The notes: generated from the sequence alone by a model not told the origin. DNA of 64,000 nucleotides from Eledone cirrhosa (GCA_964016885.1 OZ024743.1:163308001-163372000), one strand, 5' to 3'; shown: positions 14,292 through 27,600, counted from the first letter of the stretch. Translations and numbers: made by a program.

Positions 14292-14512
14292 GAAAATATA
14301 TAGCTTTCACCGTATTTTTAACTAAAGGAATTTTAGCTTGATAACGGGGTTTAGAACCCTCAGATAAATGGAAAAAGATGAGTATTGACGTACATGGGAC
14401 TCCCATGTACGTCAATACTCATCTTTTCCATTTATCTGAGGGTTCTAAACCCCGTTATCAAGCTAAAATTCCTTTAGTTAAAAATACGGTGAAAGCTATA
14501 TATTTTCTAATT
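14287..14512. repeat. Near-perfect 226-bp palindrome
   Basis: ~113-bp arms centred on gggaCtccc at 14400, one indel. Confidence 0.95.
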
Positions 14513-14548
14513 TCAAACTCGCTCACTGTTTCAAAACATACTTACTTG

Positions 14549-14709
<161 letters not shown>

Positions 14710-14721
14710 CGTGTGTATATG

Positions 14722-15030
14722 TGAAGGCATGTGGCCTCATGATTAGAGTTTTGGTCCATGATCATAAGGTCATGGGTTCAATTCCTGACAGGGCATTGTA
14801 TCCTTGAGCAAAACACTTCATTTTACCTTGCTCCAGTCTGCTCAGTTGGAAAAAATTAATTCTACCTATATATCACACACTGTATCACACTGAATCTTTT
14901 TGATAACTAACTACATTAAAGGTACATGTGTCTGTTGAATGCTCAGTCACTTGCACATTGATTTTATGAGCAAGTCGTTTCATTGTTCAAACAACTACTA
15001 CACTTGATGTCAGAACTGAACAAGGTCTAT
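14722..15030 (+). mobile_element. tRNA-derived CORE-like SINE
   Basis: ggttcaattcc B box followed by tgtatccttgagcaaaacacttcat; related copy at ~36005-36310. Confidence 0.65.
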
Positions 15031-16114
15031 CTCACACATACACACTTATATATATATATGTATGTGTGTATATATGTAGTAAAAGCAACCTGTCTAGCAG
15101 AGCTGTCACTCTAACATTATAGCAAGGACTCTTAAGTCTGGTCAGACAACTCCTCCAGTGCTGGTGGCACAAATAATACACCAAGTCCATGCTGTAAAGC
15201 AGTTGGTGTTAGGAAGGGCATCCAGCCAGAAATATTTTCCTAAAACATGACCAGCACAATATATAATATTAAAGATAAGTCCAACCCTTGCAAACATGGA
15301 AAAGCCGATGTAAAATATTTATGATTATGTATTTATGTATGTGTGTTAAATTTTTTTAAATATTAACAATTCCCTGAATTCCATTGTTGACTTTAAAAAA
15401 AAAAATTAATAAATATATGTTACATCATTAAATCTTCTTCTGTAAATAGAAATTTTGAAAATACAGTAATGAATGGCAAAATGTAATTGATTTAATTATA
15501 ATGTTTATTTTGAATGATTTTATAGCTTGTTTTTTGTTCTCGTGGATTGGAGTTTTCTGAAAATATTATATTTATATTATATGGAGTTGTTTAGTGCATC
15601 AGATATATTTGCAGTTGGATATTTTTCTTTCTAAGGCTAACATTTCAACTGTGAAGTGATAGTAGTAGTAGAAACACTTACTTTTCTTCTATAATACATA
15701 GAAGCAACTAAAATATTATACCACCACTACCTGTTGTAGTGTTACTTACAGGCCAGATACTACCATGATCTGAATTATAAAGTAAACAGTTCCACTTACC
15801 AAGTAGTAAAACTGAAGCAAGCAGAGTACTCAGATGCTAATCTCTATATGTGTCTCTACTAATCTTTATATATACCTATATTAATCTTTCTTTTTCTATA
15901 TCTATTCTATACTAATTTATATATATATATATATATATACAACATATATATAGCCTGTTATAAAATGTATACTATTTTCTACACATAGACGTGCACTTAC
16001 ATGAACGCATGCACACCAACACACATACACACACTAATATTTAAAGAAAAAAATAATAAACTTTAGCATACTTTTACTAATCTTGACATCAATACTAACT
16101 CATAAACTAATCTA

Positions 16115-16481
16115 TAATAATTGTTTCTACTTTTGGCACAAGACCAGCAACTACTCCAGTACATTACTGGTACTTTATTTTATCGACCCCGTAAAGATGA
16201 AAGGCAAAGTTAACCTCGGCGTGATTTGAACTCAGAACGTAAAGGGCCATAACTCTATGCTGCAAAGCATGGTGCCCGGCGCTCTAATCTCTAATAATTG
16301 TTTCTACTTTAGGCACAAGGCCAGCAATTACCCAGTGCATTACTGGTACTTTATTTTATCGACCCCGTAAGGATGAAAGGCAAAGTCAACCTCGGCGGGA
16401 TTTGAACTCAGATCGTAAAGGGACGTAACTATGCTGGAAAGCATGGCGTCCGACCCTCTACCGATACTGCCAATCCACCGC
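16115..16481 (-). mobile_element. Two tandem/nested Nin-domain SINEs
   Basis: Same consensus; TSD gctctaatctctaataat at 16281-16298 and 16480-16497. Confidence 0.88.
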
Positions 16482-17880
16482 TCTAATCTCTAATAATGTC
16501 CATACATATCTGTAGTAATTGCTTTATATATATCTATATTAATTTGGATATATATCTATGCATGCATGGTCCCGTAACCCATGAGGGAGTAGTAGGGGTA
16601 CTGAATTGATATACAGCATTTCTAGGGCATTTTAAAACCTGGTGGAGCCTATCTCCTCTCCAGGTCTAAATACAGCAGATCTCTTCCAGAGTAAGATAAG
16701 GAGAACAAGAGAATGGAAGTGAGAAAGATATATAGAGGAAGAATTGACCTCAGTAGTAGACTGGTACTTTTTTATCAACCTTGAATGGATGAAAGGTAAA
16801 GTTGACCTCCATACTAATCTATAAACATATCAATATTAATCTCTATATGCATCAATACTAACCTGAATATATGTTATATATATGTATATATATATATATA
16901 GATACACACACACACATACCAATATCTCTCTATATATGCATTTATATTTATCTATATATATCTATAATAATCTCTATGTGTATCTACATCAATTTCTCTT
17001 TATATTTGTAGTAATCTCTTTACTAATCTATAAACATATTTATACTAATCTATGTCTACCAATTTCATTGCATGTCTATATTTAATCTCTCTCTTTCTAT
17101 ATATGCATATATATACTAATCTGTATATGTAGGCAGCATTTTCACAGTCTAAAACATTAGATATTTCCTGTCTCCACAGTAAATATTATATACAGTAATA
17201 TACCTCATTACCAATTTACACTGATGTCTCTTGGTTGATACAGACCTCTGCTAGTGTCCTCAAATTCTAGTGATTATATGAGACATATATCTGTACATAC
17301 AACCTTTCCTGCATGCTTTCTGTTAAAAGGTGCATTGTGAATCTAATCAATGTGTGTGCAGAGAATAAAACAAATGTTCATCCTGAGATGGATACGTAAA
17401 CAATCATGAGTAACAGGACTATGCTTTGTTTCTCTTTAAAACACCCTGTAATGATTTAGCAGAAAATATGTATTGATTAGTTTCTTATTTTAAATGCTTA
17501 TAGTATTTTTACTAGCAACAGATTATTGTGAAAATGTGCAGTATTACTAATAACTAATTTCTAATGCAATGCAATCATAGTGATAGTTTCTACTTTTGAA
17601 GTATATCTTGCTCATGTGGTACAAGGACATTAAAGAGTTAATTTTGGTGCCCCGGAAGATAGTTCTGTGGAAGAATATATATATATATATGTAGTATGTG
17701 TGTGTGTGTGTGAATATGTGTGGAAAAGAGAGATAGAAAGATGGAGGGGGAGTGTGTATCTGTGTGTGAGAGAGAGAAAGAGACAGCTATGTATGTAACA
17801 ATGGAAGTGTAATTAGTTGAGTGATGTATCCTCCTGTAATGAGCATCAGTAATAACATATAAATTTGAAGAGGGTTGTAT

Positions 17881-18023
17881 TTAGGGGCCACATGAGGCAC
17901 AACAACGAGATTTGATGATAGGGTTGCTGCATTCTTTGTTTGTGTAGACACGGATGAATTGTTGACAGTTTAGAATACCAAATGCACTGTTGAAGACAAC
18001 ACCATGGTCTCCGTAAGGACAAT
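17881..18023 (-). CDS. Host gene last coding exon C: (D)CPYGDHGVVFNSAFGILNCQQFIRVYTNKECSNPIIKSRCCASCGP-stop
   Basis: Acceptor ttgtcttgcAG, phase 1, ends in TAA at 17881-17883; same C-x-YGD...CC-x-SC pattern. Confidence 0.88.
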
Positions 18024-18288
18024 CTGCAAGACAATTGGAAATAGTTTGTAATATTTTACATAATTCTTTAAGATAATTATATAAAAACAATTATTCATTT
18101 CCAGGTAAGCATTTTTTTTTTGTTTTTTTTTTTTAAATTTCATAGGTGTAAGCAATCAAGTGGTTGTGGGTTCAGGCAAGTGTCTTCTACTATAGCCTCA
18201 GGTTAACCAATGACTTGTCATTGGAATTTGGTAAACAGAAACTGTAGCTTGCCATATATATGTGTGTGTGCATATATACCAATTCGGA

Positions 18289-18341
18289 CTGCCTGAAGAG
18301 GTCACAGCTAATGATGGCTGTCGCCGAAATATATATAGCAG
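18289..18341 (+). ncRNA. Type I minimal hammerhead ribozyme
   Basis: ctgc CTGAAGA gg tc acagc taatgatg gctgt cg cc GAAA tatata TA gcag; palindromic stem III. Confidence 0.85.
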
Positions 18342-18495
18342 CATATCTATAATTTATAATAAACGAAGCCAAATTTTATATATTTGACTTAATTATTTTA
18401 CATTACTCCGGAGTAAACAAACCAACCTGCGTACTTCGTCGAGTGCTCCAATCTGCATACTGAGATGTTGGTAAACAACCAGCATATACTCAAAA

Positions 18496-18528
<33 letters not shown>

Positions 18529-18561
18529 GTACAATATAGAGAGGAAAATACACGAAAATAT

Positions 18562-19542
18562 GACGGCTAATTCTGGACTAAATGAAAATGTTTATCCTGG
18601 TATATGAATAGCCAAGCTTCTCAGGGGGTAATTCCATATATGGTAAAAGTGATTGTCACAAGGATTGGTCAAAAGTTTGTTGTTGAGACACATAATTCTA
18701 TCATGGGAATTTGTGGAAGGAAGGGGTAGCTGAACCTGCCAGTAGAAGAAAGAGGGAGAGGGAGTGGAGGAAACCCAGTCGTGCGTTGATAGTGCCAACT
18801 ACAGCAGGGCAGGAGGTCAAGCAAGTATACTAGGGAGGGGGAGGGGGAGGAAGTCGAAACAATAAGTAAATCAATATGGAGTAAATATATAGAATACCAA
18901 GAATGTTAAAAATATGTGGTTGCTGACCTTGTGCCTAGAGTAGAAACAATTATTTCGTATTAGTTTCGGGACTCTGAATTATTATTTTGTGGTAGTTTCT
19001 TTAGTTTTTTGGCCCTCCCACTTGTTGACCTGTCACCGTAAGATATACTCGGTTGATTACTACTAACTCTTAAAATGGTCTCATTACAATTCCGTCCCAC
19101 CTAGTAAACTTTTCTATAGTTTAGCAGTACCAGTGAGAGACTTGATGACTGTCGTTAGCGAATGGTAACCAGAATTTGTTTTTTTATATTTTTAACATTC
19201 TTGGTATTCTTCTATATATTTACTCCATATTGATTTACTTATTGTTTCGACTTCCTCCCCCTCCCCCTCCCTAGTATACTTGCTTGACCTCCTGCCCTGC
19301 TGTAGTTGGCACTATCAACGCACGACTGGGTTTCCTCCACTCCCTCTCCCTCTTTCTTCTACTGACAGGTTCAGCTACCCCTTCCTTCCACAAATTTCCA
19401 TGATAGAATTATGTGTCTCAACAACAAACTTTTGACGAATCCTTGTGACAATCACTTTTACCATATATGGAATTACCCCATGAGAAGCTCGGCTATTCAT
19501 ATACCAGGATAAAAATTTTCATTTAGTCCAGAATTAGCCGTC
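18562..19542. repeat. Long inverted repeat: ~355-bp arms (18562-18915 / 19186-19542), ~270-bp spacer
   Basis: Direct reverse-complement match with few mismatches. Confidence 0.95.
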
Positions 19543-19570
19543 GAAACGGCTTGAGATCAGCCGTCGGGGT
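19475..19570 (+). ncRNA. Hammerhead-like motif with non-canonical core
   Basis: acccc ATGAGAA g ct cggcta ... tagccg tc GAAAC ggct tgagatc agcc GTC ggggt; the inverted copy (~18610-18630) reads CTGAGAA at the core; stems I, II and III all pair. Confidence 0.6.
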
Positions 19571-19639
19571 CCTACTCGTTCCTATATATATATATATAAA
19601 TATATATATATAAATATATATATATATGTATATATACAC

Positions 19640-20629
19640 ACATCATCATCATCATCATCATCAACGTTTAACGTCCGTGTTCCACGCTTGCATGGGTTTG
19701 GACGGGGGTTTTCCCACTTGAGGCAAGAGTGGTTGTCTTGCTCGCATAGGACTATCTGGCGGGTTTTCTACAGCTGGATGCCCTTCCTAACACCAACCAC
19801 ATTTACAGTGTGGGGCTGGGAGGTTTTTACAGTGTTGCCTACACGGCCACATTACAGCGTGGACTGTCTGGCAGGTTTTCTACAGCTGGATGCCCTTCCT
19901 AACACCAACCACATTTACAGTGTGGGGCTGGGAGGTTTTTACCGTATTGCCTACACGGCCACATTACAGCGTGGACTGTGTCTACACAATCTCATTTGTT
20001 TCGGCCTGGATGTTGTGGCACCAACATAACTTTACATTGAAGGGGCGGTGTGGATGGGGTGGGGGTGGGGGTGTATTTTGTTAGAGATGCCTACTGACTG
20101 TAGTAGGTTTTACTTTGTATTTAGGTAAGGCGGGTCTTCTCTATTACTGAGTACCGCCAAAGGTCTCGGTCCAGTGACATTGTCTTAGAGAGGTGTGTGT
20201 GAGGTCAGAATTTATCAACTCGTCCCAGGTTTTTCTGGGTCTGCCTACTCCGTAGCTACCGTCTATCTTTATTGCCCTGCACTTTGTTATGCAGCTGTCG
20301 TCTTTCATGCGCATCACGTGACCATACCAACGTAGCCTTCTCTCGAGTAAACAACATCTGATCCCTCTTATTTCTAATTTTTTCCTTAGTTCGCTTATGC
20401 TTTGCCGTTCACGTATGTTACTATTACACACCCAGCGGAGCATGCAAGCTTCGTTCCTATATAGTCTGCGTATATCCTCTGCACACAATGCCCAGGTCTC
20501 ACTGCCATGCAACATTGCTGTTCGTATGCAGGCATCATACAACCTGCCTTTCATTCTTAGGGAGAACCCTTTAGCGGCTAATAGTGGTATAAGCTCTCTG
20601 AACTTTTTCCAACCAGTTCTGACTCTAGC

Positions 20630-20632
<3 letters not shown>
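19640..20632 (-). mobile_element. RTE LINE 3' fragment
   Basis: Closely similar to the reverse complement of 922-1850; internal duplication in the 3' UTR. Confidence 0.9.
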
Positions 20633-20716
<84 letters not shown>

Positions 20717-21825
20717 GTAAGCGGACAGTACTTGATTTAGGAGTCGCAGAAACCCAAATGCTGGATTTTACCAACCATCCAGGGGTCCGGGTAAATTTTT
20801 AATCACATATATTTTTATTTGTTTGACCCGAATTACTTGATCGTTTTTTTTGGCTGTGCGGATGATTGTTTAACCATCGTCTCAGTGGGTTTGGCCTTTA
20901 ACGTATGTTGTAGCTCTGGTTCATCTGAATCATTGAGCACTTGCAACAGATCTCGGAGGTTGTTTTTCGTTATTTCATAGGCCGAAATACGATTCTTGAT
21001 AATTTATATTTGTATTAATCTCCAGAGTCTAGCTATTGACCATTTAATTTTCTTGATTTTTTAGTTGATTCTATTGACTGATGAATAGCTTATGTTAACT
21101 TTAACCCTTCTGGTGAGAACTCTATTCGATTTGTGATTTTTGTATTCTTGCAATAATATACACAACTGAATTCATTCCCCTAATATAAGGGTTGCCTCCC
21201 TTGCCGATCGCCACGTGGGGTCAGTAATAGTCATTCCTTGAATTAGCATTGAACTAAAACCTGCTGAAAAATTGGCTTCCTTGTTCAATCATCTTACCAG
21301 AAGCCTAACATTATTTATGTAAGCGGACGGTGGATTGTAAGGGCGGTGGATTGGCAGTATCGGTAGAGGGTCGGACGCCATGCTTTCCAGCATAGTTACG
21401 TCCCTTTACGATCTGAGTTCAAATCCCGCCGAGGTTGACTTAGCCTTTCATCCTTACGGGGTCGATAAAATAAAGTACCAGTAATGCACTGGGTAATTGC
21501 TGGCCTTGTGCCTAAAGTAGAAACAATTATTTATGTAAGCGAACAGTACTTGATTTAGGAGTCGCAGAAACCCAAATGCTGGATTTTACCAACCATCCAG
21601 GGGTCCGGGTAAATTTTCAATCACATATATTTTTATTTGTTTGACCCGAATTACTTGATCGTTTTTTTTGGTTGTGCGGATGATTGTTTAACCATCGACT
21701 CAGTGTGTTTGGCCTTTAACGTATGTTGTAGCTCTGGTTCATCTGAATCATTGAGCACTTGCCACACATCTCGGAGGTTGTTTTTCGTTATTTCATAGGC
21801 CCGAAATACGATTCTCGATAATTTA

Positions 21826-21830
<5 letters not shown>
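20717..21830 (+). repeat. ~1.5 tandem copies of a 602-bp unit, interrupted by a SINE
   Basis: gtaagcggac at 20717 and 21319; the second copy resumes at 21535 and matches 20717-21010. Confidence 0.85.
21343..21531 (+). mobile_element. Nin-domain SINE
   Basis: A box tggcagtatcgg, B box gagttcaaatcc; flanked by ttatttatgtaagcg duplication. Confidence 0.88.
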
Positions 21831-21881
<51 letters not shown>

Positions 21882-21886
<5 letters not shown>

Positions 21887-23682
21887 GGAATTTACACCTG
21901 CAATGTTGCGACGTCACCTTAAGAATAAGCGCAACTATGCCTCCCCTGGTCTTGATGGTGTGACATACCTGCTTCTCAAACGTGGCGGGGATTTCCTTTT
22001 GCGCCAGCTTTCTTTTTTCTTTCAATACTGTCTCAGCAATGGTGCTACTCCGGAGCAGTGGAAAACTGCCAGTGTCATTCCCCTGTTCAAAAAGGGCAAC
22101 CGCATGTCACCTGTCAACTATCGTCCAGTCAGTCTTACTAGCTGTATGGCCAAACTGATGGAATCCTGTGTCAGAGAAACACTTTGGAACTTCTGGAGCT
22201 CTCACAGCCTCATCCGGCCCTCACAGTTTGGATTTATCCCTAACTCCAGCTGCTGTGATCAGCTTATCGAGTTTCTTGAGGACATCACCCGGATCACTGA
22301 CAGCGGCTCATGGGTGGATGTTGTTTACCTTGACTTTGCTAAGGCTTTTAATTCTGTGCCACACAAAAGACTTATGGCAAAACTCTCTGCAATGGGTGTG
22401 AGGGATGATCTTTTCGACTGGCTGAAATCCTTCATTCTCAGCCGAAAGGAAGTAGTCACGGTTCTAGGACAGCATTCTTCACCATATGAGATGTCATCTG
22501 GTGTACCACAGGGATCTGTTCTTGGTCCTCTTTTGTTTGTGGCATATATTAATGACATAGATGACAACTTACAGAATGCCACGGTACTAAAATATGCAGA
22601 TGACATCAAGCTGTACCTTGAAATCAAAAGGACTGATCCTGAAATTTACAACTCTTTCCTACAATCAGACCTGGACACAATGCAGCAATGGATCACAGAC
22701 TGGCAACTGAAGCTGGCTGTGGACAAGTGTACCACCATGCATTTTGGAAGGAAAAATCCAGCGTCCACATACTCCCTCCACAACACTGACATCAAAAAGT
22801 CCTCTTGTGAACGTGACCTGGGCATTACTGTCAGCAACGATTTGCGTTGGACAAAGCATGTCTCTAAGATTGTCAAGAAGGCCGAGGGTGTCTTGGCATC
22901 ACTCAGCAAGACCTTTGTTAGCCGCTCTCCAGCCATCTATTTAAAACTGTATACAGCTATGGTGCGACCACACTTGGAATTCGCATCATCAGTCTGGAAC
23001 CCCTATCTTGCTCGGAACATTGACCTCCTGGAAACTGTTCAGAGACGTGCAACCAAGCGCATACCCTCCATCAGACACCTACCATACTCTGAACGCCTTG
23101 TTTCCCTGGGCATGGATTCATTGAAGCTCCGACGTCTGGCAATGGACTTGGTGAATACCCACAAAGTTTTTAACCATCTCGCCAACTGCAACCCTGAGCG
23201 CCTCTTTGATCTCCATGTGTCTAACACACGTGGACATGCCTACAAGATAAGAAAACAGCACAGCTCCCATGACTTTCGCAGACATTTTTTCACGCTCAGA
23301 GTTGCTGAAGCATGGAACAAACTGCCTGCGTCAATTGTTAGCTGCCGAGACACTGCATCCTTTAAGACACTCATGCTTCCCAAAATACGCCAAAACTACA
23401 CCTGATGTACCCCTTCCATACACATGCACACATGTGTGTATCATGACTCGTGCACTGTTCATTTTACTGATGTTTGTGCATTGCCCTATGTACTGTACAT
23501 GCACTTTTTTGATGAGTTGTGGTGCACCTGGGCACTGTGCACAATATTTCGTTATTGTTATTATATCATGACTCATACACTGTTTATTTTCCTGACATTT
23601 GTACATTATTCTATGTACTATACATGCACCTTTGATGAGTTGTAGTGCACCTGAGCACTGTACACAATAATTTCATTATTAT

Positions 23683-23686
<4 letters not shown>
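21882..23686 (+). mobile_element. 5'-truncated CR1-group LINE with an intact 506-aa RT/C-terminal ORF (21885-23405)
   Basis: Open frame with GVPQGSVLGP and YADD; 3' UTR segment tandemly duplicated (~23460-23565 and ~23565-23686); (att)n tail. Confidence 0.92.
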
Positions 23687-23746
<60 letters not shown>

Positions 23747-23789
23747 CTGTGGGTGTATGTGTGTGCATATATGTGTGTGTGTATATATA

Positions 23790-24190
23790 TATCATCATCA
23801 TGATCACCGTTTTACGTGCTGAACTTGTCTTGCTCATACAGGAACTGATTCTGGCTTGATTTCTACAGCTGGATGCCCTTCCTAAAACCAACCTCATTTA
23901 CAGTGAGTGCTGGGTGCTTTTTTTCTGTGGCGCCTACACGTCCACTTTACAGTGTGGGCTGGGTGCTTTTTTGCCGTGGCACCTCCACGACCACTTTGCA
24001 GTGGAAGAGTGTGGGGGTCATATTGTCTATATGCTTCAGCTTTGGCTTGTACTCGTGGGAGGTCGGGTACTCTGTAGTACTGTGTGACGCGAGAGGTCAC
24101 GGTCGTGTGTCCTCGCCTTTGGGTAAGGTCGGCTTTTATCACCTCATCCCAGGTCTTCTTGGGTCTCCTCACTCCGCGGTTTCCATTGAC

Positions 24191-24195
<5 letters not shown>
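23790..24195 (-). mobile_element. RTE 3' fragment
   Basis: [13 protein letters not shown] motif plus RTE 3' UTR. Confidence 0.75.
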
Positions 24196-24265
<70 letters not shown>

Positions 24266-24365
24266 TATATATATATATATATGCATATATATGCATGTAT
24301 ATATATATATGCATATATATATATGCATATATATATATGCATATATATATATGTATATATATATA

Positions 24366-24447
<82 letters not shown>
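24193..24447. repeat. Longest (TA)n/(TATG)n microsatellite, representative of dozens in the window
   Basis: Direct inspection; other long tracts at 1-124, 11678-11830, 14549-14705, 38045-38107, 54251-54333. Confidence 0.97.
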
Positions 24448-24451
<4 letters not shown>

Positions 24452-25225
24452 GTGTGCAGAGGATCTGCGCAGACTGGAGAGGAACGAAGCATGCATACTC
24501 CGCTGGATGTGTAATAGTAATATACGTGAATAGCAGAGCATAAATGAACTAAGTGAGAAATTAGGTATAAGAGGGATCAGATGCTGTTTACTCGAGAGAA
24601 GACTACGTTGGTACGGTCACGTGATGCGCATGAAAGACGACAGCTGTATAAAAAAGTGCGGGGCGATCAAAATTGACGGAAGTTACGGAGTAGGTAGACC
24701 CAGAAAAACCTGGGACGATTTGATAAATTCCGACTTTACACACTTACACCTCTCTAAGACAATGTCACGGGACTGAGATCTTTGGCGCTAAGCAGTAATA
24801 CAGAAGACCCGCCTTGCCTATGTACAAAGCGAAACCTAGAGTCAGTAGGCACCTCTTAACCAAATATACACCCCAATCCACTACCTCTACTTCCCACCCC
24901 CATCAACACCACCCCTTTCACTGTAAAGTTATGTTGGTATCACAACATCCAGTCCTAAATAAATGAGATCGTGTAGGTGTCACAACAAAAAAACACACAG
25001 TCCACACTGTAATGTGGCCGTGTAGGTAACACGGTAAAAACCTCCCAGTCCACACTGTAAACGTGGTTGGTGTTAGGAAGGGCATCCAGCCGTAGAAAAC
25101 TCGCCAGACAGTCCCATACGAGTGAGACGACCAATCTTGCTTCAAGTGGGTTAATTGCTGTCAAAACCCATCTACGGCTGGATGCTAGCGTGGAAGATAG
25201 GCGTTAAACGATGATGATGATGATG
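24447..25225 (+). mobile_element. RTE 3' fragment
   Basis: [13 protein letters not shown]...RWYGHVMRM; (gat)n tail. Confidence 0.88.
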
Positions 25226-25226
25226 A

Positions 25227-25269
<43 letters not shown>

Positions 25270-25484
25270 GCATATACATATATTTACATATATATATTTG
25301 TGTGTGTGAGTGTATGTGTGTGTGTATATATGTCTGTGTGTGTATATGTGTGTGTGTGTGTATGTGTGTGTGCATATATATATATATGTATGTTTGTATA
25401 TATGTGTCTGTGTGTGTATATATATATGTATGTGTGTGTGTATATGCATGCATGTATATATATATATACGTATGTGTATGTGTT

Positions 25485-27600
25485 TAGGAAGTGCCAATAT
25501 GAAAGATTACTGACTGAGAAGAATGTATGGGAAGAAGAAAGTTTGTTTCAAGTTGACCCAACAAAGGGACCGGCTGTACAAGTCAGTAGTATAGTAAGTA
25601 AGGCAATCAAGGATATGAAGTTAGGCAGGGCAGCAGGACCCTGAGTGACAGTGCTGAGATGCTGAAAGCATCAGGTATGGTGGGCCACACCATAGTCTCC
25701 CACATTCTAAACTAAGTAATACGAAATGGGGTCATATCCAATGACTGGCATGGCAGCATCATCGTAAACTGCTACAAGGGCAAAGGTGATGTTCAAGATA
25801 GAGAATACTATAGAGGCATTAAGTTAGTTGACCAGGTTATGAAAGTCACAGAAAGTGTTATAGCTCAGCTGATTAGGGAAGGAGTTAATCTAGAATGGAT
25901 GCAGTTTGTATTTGTACCAGGTAAAAGTAGCACAGATGCCTTCTTCCTTGTAAGGAAATTGGAGGAGAAATATCTAGCTAAAGGTAAAAAACCTCTCTCC
26001 TTGGCTTTTGATAGAGTACCCCGTTTCATTATCTGGTGGACTCTTAGAAAACTAGTAGACAAGTGGCTTGTGAGGACAGTACAAGCCATGTATAGAGGAA
26101 CAGTCAGCAAGGTCAGAATTAACAATGACTATATTGTGTCCATCAGGTCTCAGTTCTTAGCCCTCTCCTGTTTATTATCATCCTGCAGGCAATAATGAAG
26201 GTATTTTAGACTGGCTGCCCATGTGAAATCCTGAACGAAGATGGCCTAACCCTTATAGCTGAATCTATAGCTGAATTAGAGATATAATTCCAAACCTGGA
26301 AGCACAGCCTAGAATCAAAAGGTCTCAAAGTCAACTTGGCAAAGACTAAAGTTCTAGTAAGTAGAAAGGAAAACAGGGCCCAGATCTTCACTGGGAAATG
26401 GCCCTGTTCAGTATGCAGAAAAGGAGTAGGTAGAAATTCCATCCTATGTCCCAAATGCAAGAGATGTAGTGCGATTTCAGACAGGCTAACAAAGAACATA
26501 GGTTTTACATGTGGCTGGTGCACAGAGGCAGTAAGTAACAAGAGCTCTCAGGATACAATCTTCTTCAAATACCCAGAGGGCTCTGTAGAAGTGGTAGATA
26601 GTTTTTGTTATCTGGGTGACCAAATCAGCGGTGGAGGAGGATGTTCTGAAAGCACATTAACCAGAGTGAGATCGGGTTGGAGAAAGTTCAGAGAACTACT
26701 ACCGCTGCGAACTACAAATGGTTTTTCCCTCAAAATAAAAGGCAGACTGTATGATGCATGTATATGAACAACAATGCTGCACAGCAGCGAAACATGGCTA
26801 CTGTGTGCAGAGGACCTGCGAAGATTGGAAAGAAATTAAGTCTCCATGCTTCGATGGATGTGCAATAGTAATGAATACACATGAACAGCAAAGTATAAAT
26901 GACCTGCGAGAGAAATTAGGCATCAGAGAGATCAGATGTGTGTAGGAGAAGAAATTGTGTTGGTATAAAAAGGTGCTCGAAGTTGACAGAAGCCATGGGG
27001 TGGGCAGGCCTAGGAAGACTTGGACTGACATAATAAAAGCTGACTTTGCACAATTATACCTCGCTAAGACGATGACCCAGGACTGTGATCTCTGGTGCTA
27101 TGCAGTATTACAGAAACCTGCCCTCCCATATGCATGAGATAAGGCATATATCTAGTATACAACACCTTTCCTACCATCACCCCTCCCATACACCTCCCTT
27201 GCTGTAATCACCCCACCCCTATATCTATGTCCCCAATTCTCGAGGCATCTTCCCCACCCCTACCCCACCAAGTCCCCAACCCACACCATAATGTGACTTC
27301 TCTAGAGCCATGACAAAAGTGCCTAGTCCACAGCATAAAGTGGTCATGTTGGCAACACGACAAAAGTGCCCACTCAACACTGTAAAGTGGTCATGTAGGT
27401 ATCACAATAAAAAGCACCCAGTGCACACTATAAATGTGGTTGGCGTTAGGAAGGAATCCAGCCGTAGAAACCAAGCCAAAATCAGTTCTGTGTAGGTGAA
27501 ACATGGGCCTTCGCAATCACTCACAAGGGGACAGCCCGTTCTACCCATGCTAGCATGGAAAATGGACGTTAAACGATGATAGTGATGATGATGATGATGA
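25485..27600 (+). mobile_element. RTE LINE fragment (RT to 3' tail), decayed
   Basis: [31 protein letters not shown]; (gat)n tail. Confidence 0.88.

Noticed and set aside
15500-15512. Minus-strand AATAAA as the host gene poly(A) signal
   Set aside because: The hexamer is common in such AT-rich DNA; the 3' UTR end cannot be fixed without transcripts
21071-21290. CTGATGA at 21078 paired with a distant GAAA at ~21266
   Set aside because: Stems II and III and the NUH triplet cannot be placed in register
21343-21430. tRNA-like A and B boxes suggesting a tRNA gene
   Set aside because: Head of a multicopy SINE with Nin domain and TSDs; no proper cloverleaf
23873-24543. Long ORFs rich in YIYIYI, THTHTH, CVCVCV, poly-M or poly-F (here and many elsewhere)
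   Set aside because: Translations of (TA)n, (CA)n, (GAT)n and (TTC)n microsatellites, which lack stops; not genes
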